A stretch of 64,000 nt of DNA from an uncultured Syntrophomonas sp. (GCA_964563125.1 CAZLVY010000005.1:387-64386), one strand, 5' to 3'. Positions 48,828 to 58,937 are shown, counted from the stretch's first letter. A program made the numbers and translations. The notes: generated by a model not told the origin, from the sequence alone.

Positions 48828-50513
48828 ATGTTACAAGAGATATACATAAAAAACTTTGTGCTTATTGATGAATTACGTATGGAATTTTTTGATGGATTAA
48901 ATGCCTTAACTGGTGAAACAGGAGCAGGAAAATCCATAATCATCGATGCCCTGGGATTAATTATCGGGGGACGGATTAATAACGATTTTATCAGAAATCA
49001 AAGTCAAAAGGCGATTGTAGAAGCCGTTTTTACTTCGGAGAATAATCCGGAGATGCAGGAATTTTTACAAAAAAACAGACTGCTTGATGAAGAAGACGGT
49101 GATAACAGGTTAATTATCTGCCGGGAAATCAGTCCCGGTGGCCGCAATACAGCACGGATTAATGGACGTAATATACCGCTCACCCTGTTACGGGAACTGG
49201 CACCATTTCTGGTTGATATGCACCTCCAGCATGACCATCTCAATATTTTAAGGCCTGGTATGTTTATTAATTATGTTGACCAATTCATAGTTGGTGATAA
49301 TGATATATCTGCGAGTATTGCCGCTGTTTTTAATGAGGTGAGGTGCATCCAGCAGCAACTGGATTTTCTTAATGCCAATGAACAAGCCAGATTGCAGCAA
49401 GTAGATTTGCTGACTTTTCAAATTGAAGAAATCGAAAAAGTCCAGCTGGAGCCTAATGAAGAGGAAGAATTACAAGCATTAAGAAACCGAATAAAAAATG
49501 CTAAAAAACTCAACGAAGATGCTGGGCATTTGGTGCAATTAATGTATTCTGATGACCAGTCTGGTAATTTATTTGATTTATTAGGGCAAATTGTAGATAT
49601 TATTAAAAAAAATCAGGAGGAAGCTTTTTTTACTGCGCTGCTTCCCTCCTGTGAAGAGATGTATTTTTCTGTGCAAAATATGGCTCGAGAAATAATTAAT
49701 TATCAGGAATCACTGGACTTTGAACCTGGGCAACTGGACGAAATCGAAGATAGAATACATATAATAAATAGATTGAAAGCAAAATATGGGAAAAGCATTA
49801 GCGAAGTCCATCTCTTTTTAAACAATGCTCGTATCGAGCTGCAAAGAATCAGTAGTGTGGGTCAGAACCGTGATAATTATGATGAAAAAATTAATTTACT
49901 CCAAAAGGAGTACGATAAATTAGCCGCCCAATTAACTGAACAGAGGAAAAAAGCCGCTGCCAGCTTGCAAGCAAAAGTTCATCAGGAACTGATAGAGTTA
50001 AATATGCCCGATATAAAATTTTATGTTGCTATAACAGCCAAAGAACAACCTGCTGCAAACGGCAGGGATGAGGTACAATTCCTCTTTTCTCCTAATGCAG
50101 GTGAAGCAATGCGTCCCATAGAAAAGATTGCTTCCGGAGGGGAAATGTCAAGATTTATTCTAGCTTTGAAAAAAGCTCTGGCGCAAATTTATAAAGTGCC
50201 TACTCTTATTTTTGACGAAATTGATGTAGGAGTTGGAGGAACAGCATTAACCGCTATGGCATTAAAACTGGGGCAATTATCCAGGGAGCATCAAGTTATC
50301 TTAGTCACACATGCACCTCAGGTGGCAAGTTATGCCGATAATCATTTTTTAATTCTTAAGCAGACCAGCAGTAATCGGACCACAACATCTGTAAAAAAAC
50401 TGGATAAATCCGAAAGAATAGCAGAACTAGCCAGGATGCTGGCAGGACAGGATTATTCTGCCATTACTTTAGAACATGCTAAAGAAATGGTGAAATTAGC
50501 CCAAATAGGCTAA
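48828..50513 (+). CDS. recN: DNA repair protein RecN
   Basis: MLQEIYIKNFVLIDEL...LTGETGAGKSII and the C-terminal SGGEMSR...FDEIDVGVGG. Confidence 0.95.
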   Translation: MLQEIYIKNFVLIDELRMEFFDGLNALTGETGAGKSIIIDALGLIIGGRINNDFIRNQSQKAIVEAVFTSENNPEMQEFLQKNRLLDEEDGDNRLIICREISPGGRNTARINGRNIPLTLLRELAPFLVDMHLQHDHLNILRPGMFINYVDQFIVGDNDISASIAAVFNEVRCIQQQLDFLNANEQARLQQVDLLTFQIEEIEKVQLEPNEEEELQALRNRIKNAKKLNEDAGHLVQLMYSDDQSGNLFDLLGQIVDIIKKNQEEAFFTALLPSCEEMYFSVQNMAREIINYQESLDFEPGQLDEIEDRIHIINRLKAKYGKSISEVHLFLNNARIELQRISSVGQNRDNYDEKINLLQKEYDKLAAQLTEQRKKAAASLQAKVHQELIELNMPDIKFYVAITAKEQPAANGRDEVQFLFSPNAGEAMRPIEKIASGGEMSRFILALKKALAQIYKVPTLIFDEIDVGVGGTALTAMALKLGQLSREHQVILVTHAPQVASYADNHFLILKQTSSNRTTTSVKKLDKSERIAELARMLAGQDYSAITLEHAKEMVKLAQIG

Positions 50514-50524
50514 TAATAGGGGCA

Positions 50525-50553
50525 GTATAGTTTTCCACTTCCAGGAGACAATA
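50525..50553 (+). promoter_or_regulatory. forespore (sigma-F/sigma-G type) promoter candidate for spoIVB
   Basis: GTATA, a 14-nt spacer, then GGAGACAATA. This fits GTATA...GGnnAnAnTA, and spoIVB is sigma-F/G dependent in Bacillus. Confidence 0.4.
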
Positions 50554-50575
50554 TTAATTATCAAGTCGCCGGGAA

Positions 50576-51916
50576 GTGATTTTTATTTTTACCAAATATC
50601 GGCCTTTTATAGGAATAGTACTGGCAATATTATTTTTGACTTTATGTATGACACCACAAGCCAAAATGGTTTTAGGTTTACCTGAATATCAAAGGTTGGT
50701 AGTCGGTGAATCCAGCAGCATCAGCTTAAGCCTGCCTAATATTATGGCGGGAAAAATCAATTTGGAAATCAAAGATCCTGCCAGCAGTGTATTAGCACTC
50801 CCTTATGATCCTCCTATAACAGTAAACAAAGAAGAATCCGGTTTTAAAATTGTTGCCCTTAAACCAGGCAAAGTAGATATGCAGCTTAAACTATGGGGAT
50901 ATATTCCTCTTAGATCTATTGCCATTGAATCAATTGCCAATCAGCGTGTTGTTGTAGGCGGTCATTCAATTGGTGTCATACTGCAGTCAAAAGGAATTAT
51001 GGTAGTAGGTTTTGCTCCAATTTTAAGCGCTGCCGGTCACAAAGATTTTCCTGCCCGTGATGAAGGTTTGGAGATAGGTGATTTGATTATGAAAGCTAAC
51101 AATAAACAAGTTAGTTCTGAAAATGATTTGGCGCGTATTATTGATGAAACAGGCGATAAAGATGTAACTTTACTCATTAAACGCAGCGGTAAAAATATTT
51201 CAATAGCTGTACCAACTGCTTATTGTCCCGAAACAAACCGTCACCGTATCGGTCTTTATGTCCGTGATGGAATTGCAGGAGTAGGCACTCTTACGTTTTG
51301 GGATCCAAAGACAAAAAATTACGCAGCTTTAGGACATATTATTATCGATGCCGATACTAAAAAAGGTATCGATGTATTGCGGGGAAAAATAGTGAGTGCT
51401 TCAATTCAAACCGTCAAAGCAGGCCAACCAGGTAAACCAGGCGAAAAGATTGGTATTTTCAATGAAGAAAGCTCATTATCGGGTACTATTTCAAAAAATA
51501 CTTACTTTGGAATCTATGGCAAAACTGCTGAAGAAATCGTCAATCCCAAAGTTGATTATTCTATGGAAATAGGCTATGCGCATCAAGTCGTTACTGGTAA
51601 AGCTCAGATATACACAGTAATAAATGGCGAAGAAATAGAGAAGTTTGACATTGAAATAGAAAAGATTCATCCAGAGCGGGAAAATGGCAAAGGTATGGTT
51701 GTCAGAGTTACGGATTCCAGATTATTAAGCTTAACCGGCGGTATTATTCAAGGCATGAGCGGCAGTCCCATAGTTCAGAATGATAGGGTTATCGGAGCTG
51801 TGACCCATGTCTTTTTGAACGATCCGACCAGGGGTTATGGGATTTTTATGGATAATATGTTGTCGGAAATGCCGGGATATAATAAAGAGACAAAAAAAGT
51901 TTCGACAAATTTTTAG
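50576..51916 (+). CDS. spoIVB: SpoIVB peptidase (S55 serine protease with PDZ domain)
   Basis: N-terminal TM, a PDZ domain (GLEIGDLIMKANNKQV) and the catalytic region GIIQGMSGSPIVQNDRVIGAVTHV. The GTG start is uncertain. Confidence 0.9.
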   Translation: MIFIFTKYRPFIGIVLAILFLTLCMTPQAKMVLGLPEYQRLVVGESSSISLSLPNIMAGKINLEIKDPASSVLALPYDPPITVNKEESGFKIVALKPGKVDMQLKLWGYIPLRSIAIESIANQRVVVGGHSIGVILQSKGIMVVGFAPILSAAGHKDFPARDEGLEIGDLIMKANNKQVSSENDLARIIDETGDKDVTLLIKRSGKNISIAVPTAYCPETNRHRIGLYVRDGIAGVGTLTFWDPKTKNYAALGHIIIDADTKKGIDVLRGKIVSASIQTVKAGQPGKPGEKIGIFNEESSLSGTISKNTYFGIYGKTAEEIVNPKVDYSMEIGYAHQVVTGKAQIYTVINGEEIEKFDIEIEKIHPERENGKGMVVRVTDSRLLSLTGGIIQGMSGSPIVQNDRVIGAVTHVFLNDPTRGYGIFMDNMLSEMPGYNKETKKVSTNF

Positions 51917-51992
51917 CCTGACATTCTTAGCTTTTTCTTTAATTTCTGGTGCTATTAAAGCTTCCGTTTTTTTAGGCAGCTTTTTTCCTTTT

Positions 51993-52016
51993 AGGAATTA
52001 TGTTAATTATTAGAAT
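51993..52016 (+). promoter_or_regulatory. sigma-H-like promoter candidate upstream of spo0A
   Basis: AGGAATT (51993..51999) and GAAT (52013..52016). The spacing is about 1 nt shorter than the consensus as I recall it. Confidence 0.3.
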
Positions 52017-52133
52017 TGTCTGTAAATTGTTAGGTTAATTTGGGTTAAAACAAAAGCAGGAAATAAATGGAGTACCGTCGAAAAACGATAAAAGATATAA
52101 AATGCTTTTATATCAAAAGTGGGAGGGATTAAT

Positions 52134-52937
52134 TTGTATAGTGATTCAGACCAAATCGGCGTCTTAATTGCCGACGATAACAAAGAATTTTGTGGCATTT
52201 TAAATGACTATTTCACTAATGATCCCGATTTTACAATTATTGCTGAATGTGCAAACGGCATGGAAGTATTAGAAGTTTTAGAAAAGAAAAACGCGGAAGT
52301 CATTATTCTGGATCTGATTATGCCCTATATGGATGGTATAGGGGTAATGGAGAAAATTAACGAAATGGAACTGGAGAAAAGGCCAAAAATAATAATTCTT
52401 ACTGCCTTTGGACAGGAAACCATTACACAGAGGGCGATGCAATTGGGAGCAGACTACTACATATTAAAACCTTTTAATCTCGAAGTTTTAGGAGACAGAG
52501 TTAAACAGATCGCAAGAGAAAGCAAGAATCGTGTGGAAACGCGTCTTTCGTCCAATCAAATTAAAACGCAGACACATTCTCCCAGAAATTTGGAAGTTGA
52601 AGTTACTAAAGTAATACATGAAATCGGTGTTCCCGCCCATGTAAAAGGATATCAATACTTGCGTGATGCAATTATGCTAGTTACCGAGGAAATAAATTAT
52701 CTGGGTGCAGTAACCAAAGAATTATATCCTACCATTGCGCAGAAGTATGATACAACTGCCAGCCGGGTCGAAAGAGCTATAAGACACGCAATTGAATTAG
52801 CCTGGGATAGAGGCGATATTGACAAAATAAACAAGGTTTTTGGCTATACAATAAGCGGGGAAAAAGGTAAACCGACTAATTCTGAATTTATAGCTATTAT
52901 TGCCGATCGCTTAAGACTGGAAGGCAAGGCTAGTTAA
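52134..52937 (+). CDS. spo0A: sporulation master regulator Spo0A
   Basis: Receiver domain VLIADDN...DLIMPYMDG and the Spo0A-specific C-terminus [18 protein letters not shown]...[16 protein letters not shown] prefer the TTG at 52134 with SD GGGAGGG. Confidence 0.95.
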   Translation: MYSDSDQIGVLIADDNKEFCGILNDYFTNDPDFTIIAECANGMEVLEVLEKKNAEVIILDLIMPYMDGIGVMEKINEMELEKRPKIIILTAFGQETITQRAMQLGADYYILKPFNLEVLGDRVKQIARESKNRVETRLSSNQIKTQTHSPRNLEVEVTKVIHEIGVPAHVKGYQYLRDAIMLVTEEINYLGAVTKELYPTIAQKYDTTASRVERAIRHAIELAWDRGDIDKINKVFGYTISGEKGKPTNSEFIAIIADRLRLEGKAS

Positions 52938-53015
52938 AATCATTATTTAGGGAATCACCTAAATCTGCTATACCTATAAACTTTAAGAAAAGGATTTTTT
53001 GTACCGACTAATGAC

Positions 53016-53052
53016 ATACCTCTTATTTATTGAAAAATAGGAGGTATTTTTT
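53016..53052 (+). terminator. intrinsic terminator after spo0A
   Basis: A 13-bp stem ATACCTCTTATTT / AAATAGGAGGTAT followed by TTTTT. Confidence 0.8.
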
Positions 53053-53251
53053 ACGCATTACTTAAAGTTTTAATAGAGAACTTCATTCTGTCTTGGTATG
53101 GATAAAATCCAAAATATGATAGTAAACGCACTTACAAAAGGGCTTTTGCTTTTGTTAAGCTTTAATTACAAAAGCAAAAAGCAGGGAAATAATAATAATT
53201 AGCAGAATAATAAAAAACAATGATAAAAATAGATAAGGTTTGTATAAAAAT

Positions 53252-54034
53252 ATGAAAATTGATAGGACTACACACCCAATCATTTATTATGCATATGAAT
53301 TTGATGAAATATTTAAAAGAAAAATATTTTCTAAATTTATTGATACAGCTCAAAAGATTCTACAAATTACTAATGCATCAGAGAAATTAAAATACATATT
53401 TAAATTAAAAAAAGAAGTAAATGAATCTGATGACAAAATAATTTATGAAGATTTAATAAAATTGTTACAATCCAATTCTGAAAATAGAGAATTAGTACTT
53501 AAAAATTTAATTATTATAGTTGGTAATCGTTTAGTTCAATTATTAACCGAGTATGATCTTAATGGTGAGCATACAAAGGGAATACTGCGAAATGTTATAC
53601 AAGAAATGGAGTCTTTAAGTACTTTAATCAATATTATTTTTCTTAAAGATTGCAATATAGAACTACATGAAAGCTATGGTTATCACAACCAACCCGACAT
53701 ATCTAAACTGAAGTCTATTCAATTTAATAAAAACTATGAATTAGATAGAGAAAACCATGGTATGGCATATTATTTTCATTACCTTAAATTAATAGGGAAA
53801 AAGCCAGAGAGAACTAATTTATTGTTATATTTTGATAATACTTCAAATGCTAAAAAACCCATATTGCTTTCTGAAAAGCAGGGCAAGTATAAGCAGAAGG
53901 TATATTATCGGATTTGGAATGAAAGAAAAAAAGGCAATATATATTTCGCGTGTAAGAGTACGCTTTCTGATATTTACATACAGGAGTTTAAAAAAAGAAA
54001 TAATGAAGCAGAAGTGTTTTACCAAATCATATAA
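53252..54034 (+). CDS. hypothetical protein, AT-rich orphan with no recognisable domain
   Basis: An ORF of about 260 aa, rich in K/N/I/Y, in a visibly AT-rich block with its own terminator. The start (ATG 53252 or TTG 53240) has only a weak SD. Confidence 0.55.
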   Translation: MKIDRTTHPIIYYAYEFDEIFKRKIFSKFIDTAQKILQITNASEKLKYIFKLKKEVNESDDKIIYEDLIKLLQSNSENRELVLKNLIIIVGNRLVQLLTEYDLNGEHTKGILRNVIQEMESLSTLINIIFLKDCNIELHESYGYHNQPDISKLKSIQFNKNYELDRENHGMAYYFHYLKLIGKKPERTNLLLYFDNTSNAKKPILLSEKQGKYKQKVYYRIWNERKKGNIYFACKSTLSDIYIQEFKKRNNEAEVFYQII

Positions 54035-54120
54035 TAGCTGTTTCATAGATTACTTACAGACGAAATTTATTAAGAGATATAAAAGTATATGGATAATAAA
54101 ATAGCCAATAGCAAATTATC

Positions 54121-54153
54121 AAATGCCTCCTTTATTCACAGAAGGCATTTTTT
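54121..54153 (+). terminator. intrinsic terminator after the orphan gene
   Basis: AAATGCCT-14 nt-AGGCATTT followed by TTTG. Confidence 0.6.
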
Positions 54154-54262
54154 GTTATAATTGCTGCCATAGCTATAGAACCAAGCCGGGGGCAAGTTTT
54201 TATTTATCCTAATATGTGGTAAGATATATCTCGAAATAGTGATTTCAAATTGGGGTGAAATA

Positions 54263-55384
54263 TTGACTATCAAAGGAAGAGCCCGTATGGATCGTCGCAC
54301 TAAAAATCTGGTGCAGCGACTTAAAAGGAATGATATCGCTATAATAGACCATGATGATATTGACGAGGTAGCAGCAAACTCCATAATTGATATCAGACCA
54401 CAAGCGATAATAAATGTGCAGCCTTCAATAACGGGACGTTATCATGCCAAAGGTGCCTTTAAGATATTAAAGGCAGGAATACCGATTTTGGATGCAGTTG
54501 GTGATGAAATTTTTGGCATGATTAAGGAAGGCATATTACTTGAAATCAGGGATAACGAGGTATTCTGGGGAAACCGTAAGGTTGCTGCCGGAAATCTGTT
54601 AACTTTTGAAGATGTTCAATCTAAATTAAGACAGGCTAATGAAAATAGCCAACTGGAACTGGAACACTTTGTGGAAAATACCCTAGAGTATGCAAAAAGG
54701 GAAAAAGATATTTTGCTGGGCAACCTAGAAGTACCGGTATTAAATACTAATATATTAGCCAGGCATGTCCTGATAGTAGTTCGGGGCAGCAGTTATAAAG
54801 AAGACTTGCGTACTATAAGCTCTTATATTCAGGAAGAAAAACCAGTTTTAATAGGTGTTGACGGTGGCGCTGATGCTTTGCTGGAGTTTGGTTTAAAGCC
54901 TGATATAATTGTTGGCGATATGGACAGCGTTTCTGATGCGGCATTGAAAAGTGGCGCAGAGATTGTTGTTCATGCTTATGCTGATAAAAGAGCACCTGGT
55001 ATGGAAAGAATGGAAGCCATGGGGATAAAAGCGGAAACATTCCCTATGCCTGGTACCAGTGAAGATGTTGCTATGATTATAGCCTGGGAATATGGTGCCA
55101 GTTTAATTGTTGCAGTTGGCACTCATTCTAATATGATAGATTTCATGGAAAAAGGACGCAAGGGGATGGGGAGTACCTTTTTGGTAAGATTAAAAGTTGG
55201 CTCAATACTAGTCGATGCCCGTGGGGTTAGCCAGTTATATAAACAAAGTCTGCAGACAAAGTATTTAGCTCAGCTTTTCTTGGCGGCAATAGTTCCTATA
55301 GCTATGGTTTTATTTATTTCGCCTGCAACCAAACCGTTTTTCCGGCTGCTCATTTTGCAGTTTAAACTACTATTGAATTTTTAA
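54263..55384 (+). CDS. steA: SteA-like putative cytokinetic ring protein (thiamine pyrophosphokinase-like domain)
   Basis: GRARMDRRTKNLVQRLKRNDIAIIDHDDID and VDGGADALLEFGLKPDIIVGDMDSVSD, with a C-terminal TM. The start is uncertain (TTG 54263 or GTG 54239). Confidence 0.8.
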   Translation: MTIKGRARMDRRTKNLVQRLKRNDIAIIDHDDIDEVAANSIIDIRPQAIINVQPSITGRYHAKGAFKILKAGIPILDAVGDEIFGMIKEGILLEIRDNEVFWGNRKVAAGNLLTFEDVQSKLRQANENSQLELEHFVENTLEYAKREKDILLGNLEVPVLNTNILARHVLIVVRGSSYKEDLRTISSYIQEEKPVLIGVDGGADALLEFGLKPDIIVGDMDSVSDAALKSGAEIVVHAYADKRAPGMERMEAMGIKAETFPMPGTSEDVAMIIAWEYGASLIVAVGTHSNMIDFMEKGRKGMGSTFLVRLKVGSILVDARGVSQLYKQSLQTKYLAQLFLAAIVPIAMVLFISPATKPFFRLLILQFKLLLNF

Positions 55385-55403
55385 GTTTTGAGGTGTTTTA
55401 ATA

Positions 55404-56306
55404 ATGATTGATTTACGCTATCATATTGCTTCCATAGTGGCAGTATTCCTGGCTCTGGCTCTGGGGATATTAATTGGCAGCACTATTGTAGGGGATAATC
55501 TGATTGTTGAGCAGCAAAAGAAGATGATTGATCGCTTGGAAGAACAGTTTTATGCATTGCGGGAAAGTGAAACAATACTTTCAACGGAAAACCAGAGACA
55601 AAGTAAGATAATTGGCAATTATGAAAATTACAGTCAAACGCTTTTACCGCCGCTGCTTAAAGGACGGTTGCAGGATAGTCAGATAGGGGTTGTGGTTAGT
55701 GGTGACAATGACTTGCCAGCGGGGATGATTAATGCCCTTTCAAGTGCTGGTGCTACTATTGTATCCAAAACAGTAGTATTATCTGGACTAGGCTTGGATG
55801 ACCAGAATGTTCGTAAGCGAGTAACTGAATTTTATGGTCTTAATGAAAATAGCGCCCCGGATGTTTTGCGGCAATATATTGCCCGCAGTGTAGCGGCAGT
55901 TATTCAAAACCAGGGAGATCCCGAAGTTATTGAATTCCTGCAAAGTAATGATCTGATCAAATTTAGCGGCGCCAACCAAATACCTTTGGCAGGAGTTGTA
56001 ATTTTAGGAGGCGCTAATGATTATTCTTTCTATTTCGTAGATTCTTTTGATACCGCTCTAATCGATGAACTTAATGCTAATGCAGTCAAAGTATTTGGAG
56101 TGGAACAATACCAGGCAGTTTATTCATATATGGAACAATATGGGCAAAAAAATATCAGCACCATTGATAATATAGAACTAAGTCTGGGGCAAATATCATT
56201 AGTATTTGCTATGACCGGGGAACCTGGTAATTACGGAATGAAAGCAACGGCTAAAAAATTAATGCCGACATTACCGGTTGAAGGGATTTGGGGGCAACAG
56301 CAGTAA
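55404..56306 (+). CDS. copper-transporter-like (MctB/DUF3186 family) membrane-anchored protein
   Basis: The N-terminus MIDLRYHIASIVAVFLALALGILIGS is typical of this family, and the gene follows steA. Confidence 0.75.
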   Translation: MIDLRYHIASIVAVFLALALGILIGSTIVGDNLIVEQQKKMIDRLEEQFYALRESETILSTENQRQSKIIGNYENYSQTLLPPLLKGRLQDSQIGVVVSGDNDLPAGMINALSSAGATIVSKTVVLSGLGLDDQNVRKRVTEFYGLNENSAPDVLRQYIARSVAAVIQNQGDPEVIEFLQSNDLIKFSGANQIPLAGVVILGGANDYSFYFVDSFDTALIDELNANAVKVFGVEQYQAVYSYMEQYGQKNISTIDNIELSLGQISLVFAMTGEPGNYGMKATAKKLMPTLPVEGIWGQQQ

Positions 56307-56983
56307 TGAAATCTATAACAGTAGTAATACCGGCTTTTAATGAAGAAAATATTATAAAGGAAACGCTGCAGGCCGTACAAAAGCTCCCTTACATTGAAAA
56401 AATTCTGGTGGTCGACGACGGTTCAACTGATCAAACGGCCGTACTGGCACAACATATGGGAGCAGAAGTAATCAGTCTGCGTTCCAATTGCGGTAAAGGT
56501 GGAGCTATGAATGCTGCACTGACACATATAGAAACTGATATTATTGCCTTTATTGATGCTGATCTGGGTGCATGCGCCGAGCAAGTCAGTTTGATTTTAC
56601 AGCCAATTATTAATGAAGAAGCAGATTTAGCTATTGCTGCCTTTCCTCCTGCGCGCAAAAAAGGCGGCTTTGGTCTGGTAAAAGGTGCGGCCAGACGGGC
56701 GATTAAAAAAGCAGGTCAGATAGAGGTTGTGTCACCTTTAAGTGGTCAAAGAGCAATGACCAAAGAAGTTTTACAGGCGGTTATTCCTTTCCATGAAGCT
56801 TATGGAGTCGAATTAGGTATGACAATAAGGGCTCTGCAAAAAGGCTTTAAACTGGTTGAGGTTCCGACCACTATGAGTCATAAAGAAACCGGGCGTGACC
56901 TAAAAGGATTTATACATAGAGGTCGTCAGTTTATAGATGTACTAAGAGTCATAAAAGAGGAGACAGGAGGTAAAAAGCGTTGA
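56306..56983 (+). CDS. family 2 glycosyltransferase
   Basis: VVIPAFNEE...VVDDGSTD...IDADL. ATG at 56306 with a TAATG overlap. Confidence 0.85.
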   Translation: MKSITVVIPAFNEENIIKETLQAVQKLPYIEKILVVDDGSTDQTAVLAQHMGAEVISLRSNCGKGGAMNAALTHIETDIIAFIDADLGACAEQVSLILQPIINEEADLAIAAFPPARKKGGFGLVKGAARRAIKKAGQIEVVSPLSGQRAMTKEVLQAVIPFHEAYGVELGMTIRALQKGFKLVEVPTTMSHKETGRDLKGFIHRGRQFIDVLRVIKEETGGKKR

Positions 56984-57813
56984 ATATTCCGCTCGTAGCT
57001 GGTGCAGCTATAATAACCGGAGTAATCATAGAAGCTATTGTCTTATTCTTTTTATTCAGAATGCTAAGTGAAGCTAAAGCGGTGCGTAAAAACTATTTGG
57101 GACTTGATATCCCTGTCAGTGCGGGAATAAGTTTTCCTTTTACCCTTTTAATTGTTTACATTTTATTAGCTTTACCGCAATGGTACGATAATTCGCACCA
57201 TTTATTTATGTTAGCTGTTCTGGCGATTTCGTTTCTGGGCTTTATTGATGACATGCTGGGACAAAGAGATGCTTTAGGTTTTAAAGGACATTTTAGTGCC
57301 TTATTTAAAGGACGTCTGACTACCGGAGGGCTTAAAGCTTTGGGCGGCGGTATAATAGCCTTTTTAATAGCTTTTTCCTTATCAGGCAATTGGGTAGATA
57401 TTATTTTAAATACCTTTATAGTCGCTTTGGCGACTAACCTTATGAATCTGTTTGACCTTAGGCCAGGTCGTGCGGTAAAAGCCTATTTAATTTTCCTGCT
57501 GGCAATTGTTATTTTAGCTCTGGGACAGGTAGATTGGTTATTAATTGCCCCTTTGACCGGGGCAGTATTATATTATGCCAAAGATGATTTGCGGGCTAAA
57601 ATAATGATGGGGGACGCGGGGTCAAATGTGCTGGGACTGGCATTGGGCTATCTCAGTATTATCAGTTTGTCACTGCCAGTGCGGTTAGGTGTGTTAATAT
57701 TTTTGCTGGCAATTCATGTCTATACCGAAAAATATTCTTTAACTGCCACTATTGAAAACAACCAACTTTTAAAGCGGTTGGATAATCTGGGAAGGAGCAG
57801 CCAAAATGGTTAA
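56980..57813 (+). CDS. polytopic membrane glycosyl/phosphosugar transferase (MraY/WecA-like, GT4 family)
   Basis: A 277-aa polytopic ORF with FIDDMLG and NLMNLFD...GDAGSN motifs. Confidence 0.7.
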   Translation: MNIPLVAGAAIITGVIIEAIVLFFLFRMLSEAKAVRKNYLGLDIPVSAGISFPFTLLIVYILLALPQWYDNSHHLFMLAVLAISFLGFIDDMLGQRDALGFKGHFSALFKGRLTTGGLKALGGGIIAFLIAFSLSGNWVDIILNTFIVALATNLMNLFDLRPGRAVKAYLIFLLAIVILALGQVDWLLIAPLTGAVLYYAKDDLRAKIMMGDAGSNVLGLALGYLSIISLSLPVRLGVLIFLLAIHVYTEKYSLTATIENNQLLKRLDNLGRSSQNG

Positions 57814-58936
57814 CAGGCAACGATTGTTGAATTTGTTTATGGAAATGGTTGAAATCAGTTCAGTCTCTGGACATGAACATATATTTCGTGATTTCATTAC
57901 CAGCCAATTTGAAAAACGAGGTTTTATGGTGGAAGAAGATCAAGCAGGAAAAACATTCGCAGGTACCTGTGGCAATCTTTTAATTAAAAAAACTGGCAAT
58001 GATATGCCGCCGCTGCTTTTTGCTGCTCATATGGATACCGTCGAACCGGGCGACAATATCAAAGCTGTAATTGAAAACAATGAAGTTATTAAGAGCGCCG
58101 GGGCTACTATTTTAGGAGCGGATGATAAAGCAGCAATTGCTGCTCTGGTAGAAAGCATCGATGTTATAATGGAAAATAAATTAGCCTGCCCGCCTTTGGA
58201 AATTTTACTTACGGTAGGTGAAGAACAGGGTTTGCAGGGTGCCAAACAATTCGACTATAACAGATTAAAGGCGCAGATAGGCTATACTCTGGATGGAGGC
58301 GGTAAGCCTGGCACTATAATTACCCGGTCGCCCTGTCAGAACGAAATAGAATATATAGCTTATGGAAAAGCTGCTCATGCCGGTATTAATCCGGAAAATG
58401 GACTTAATGCTATTCAGCTGGCATCTGCTGCTATTGCCCAAATGCCTTGTGGACGTATAGATGAAGAGACCACTTGTAACTTTGGTATAATAAGCGGCGG
58501 CAAGGCTCGTAATATTGTGCCTGATTATTGTTCAGTAAGGGGAGAGGCCAGGAGCCTGAGTCGCTCAAAATTGGATAACCTCACCCAATCTTTACATGAG
58601 ATTTTTATAGACAGTGTAAACGCCGGCGGAGGTCAGGCAGATGTCAAAGTAACTTATTTATATCCTGAGGTAAGTCTTGACCACAATGATAAAGTGATAA
58701 AATTAGCAGTTAAGGCAGTAGAAAATATCAATCTGCCACTGCATTTAACCGGAACTGGCGGAGGCAGTGATGCCAGTATTATTAACGCGCATATTCCCTG
58801 TGCTAATTTAGCTATCGGTATGCAGGATGTGCATACCGTGGAGGAAAATATATCAATTGTTGATTTGGTTGACGATGTTAGATTAATCCTTGCCATAATC
58901 GATGAATATAATCGCTTGCCAAGCCAGGAGGTTTAA
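57806..58936 (+). CDS. M20/M25/M40 family metallopeptidase (peptidase T-like)
   Basis: AAHMDTV, GADDKAAIAA and GEEQGLQGA metal-ligand pattern. Confidence 0.85.
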   Translation: MVNRQRLLNLFMEMVEISSVSGHEHIFRDFITSQFEKRGFMVEEDQAGKTFAGTCGNLLIKKTGNDMPPLLFAAHMDTVEPGDNIKAVIENNEVIKSAGATILGADDKAAIAALVESIDVIMENKLACPPLEILLTVGEEQGLQGAKQFDYNRLKAQIGYTLDGGGKPGTIITRSPCQNEIEYIAYGKAAHAGINPENGLNAIQLASAAIAQMPCGRIDEETTCNFGIISGGKARNIVPDYCSVRGEARSLSRSKLDNLTQSLHEIFIDSVNAGGGQADVKVTYLYPEVSLDHNDKVIKLAVKAVENINLPLHLTGTGGGSDASIINAHIPCANLAIGMQDVHTVEENISIVDLVDDVRLILAIIDEYNRLPSQEV

Positions 58937-58937
58937 A

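Noticed and set aside
53832-54104. 90-aa (+) and 67-aa (-) ORFs overlapping the end of the AT-rich orphan gene
   Set aside because: These are alternative-frame or antisense ORFs of the kind expected by chance in very AT-rich DNA. They run across the terminator region.
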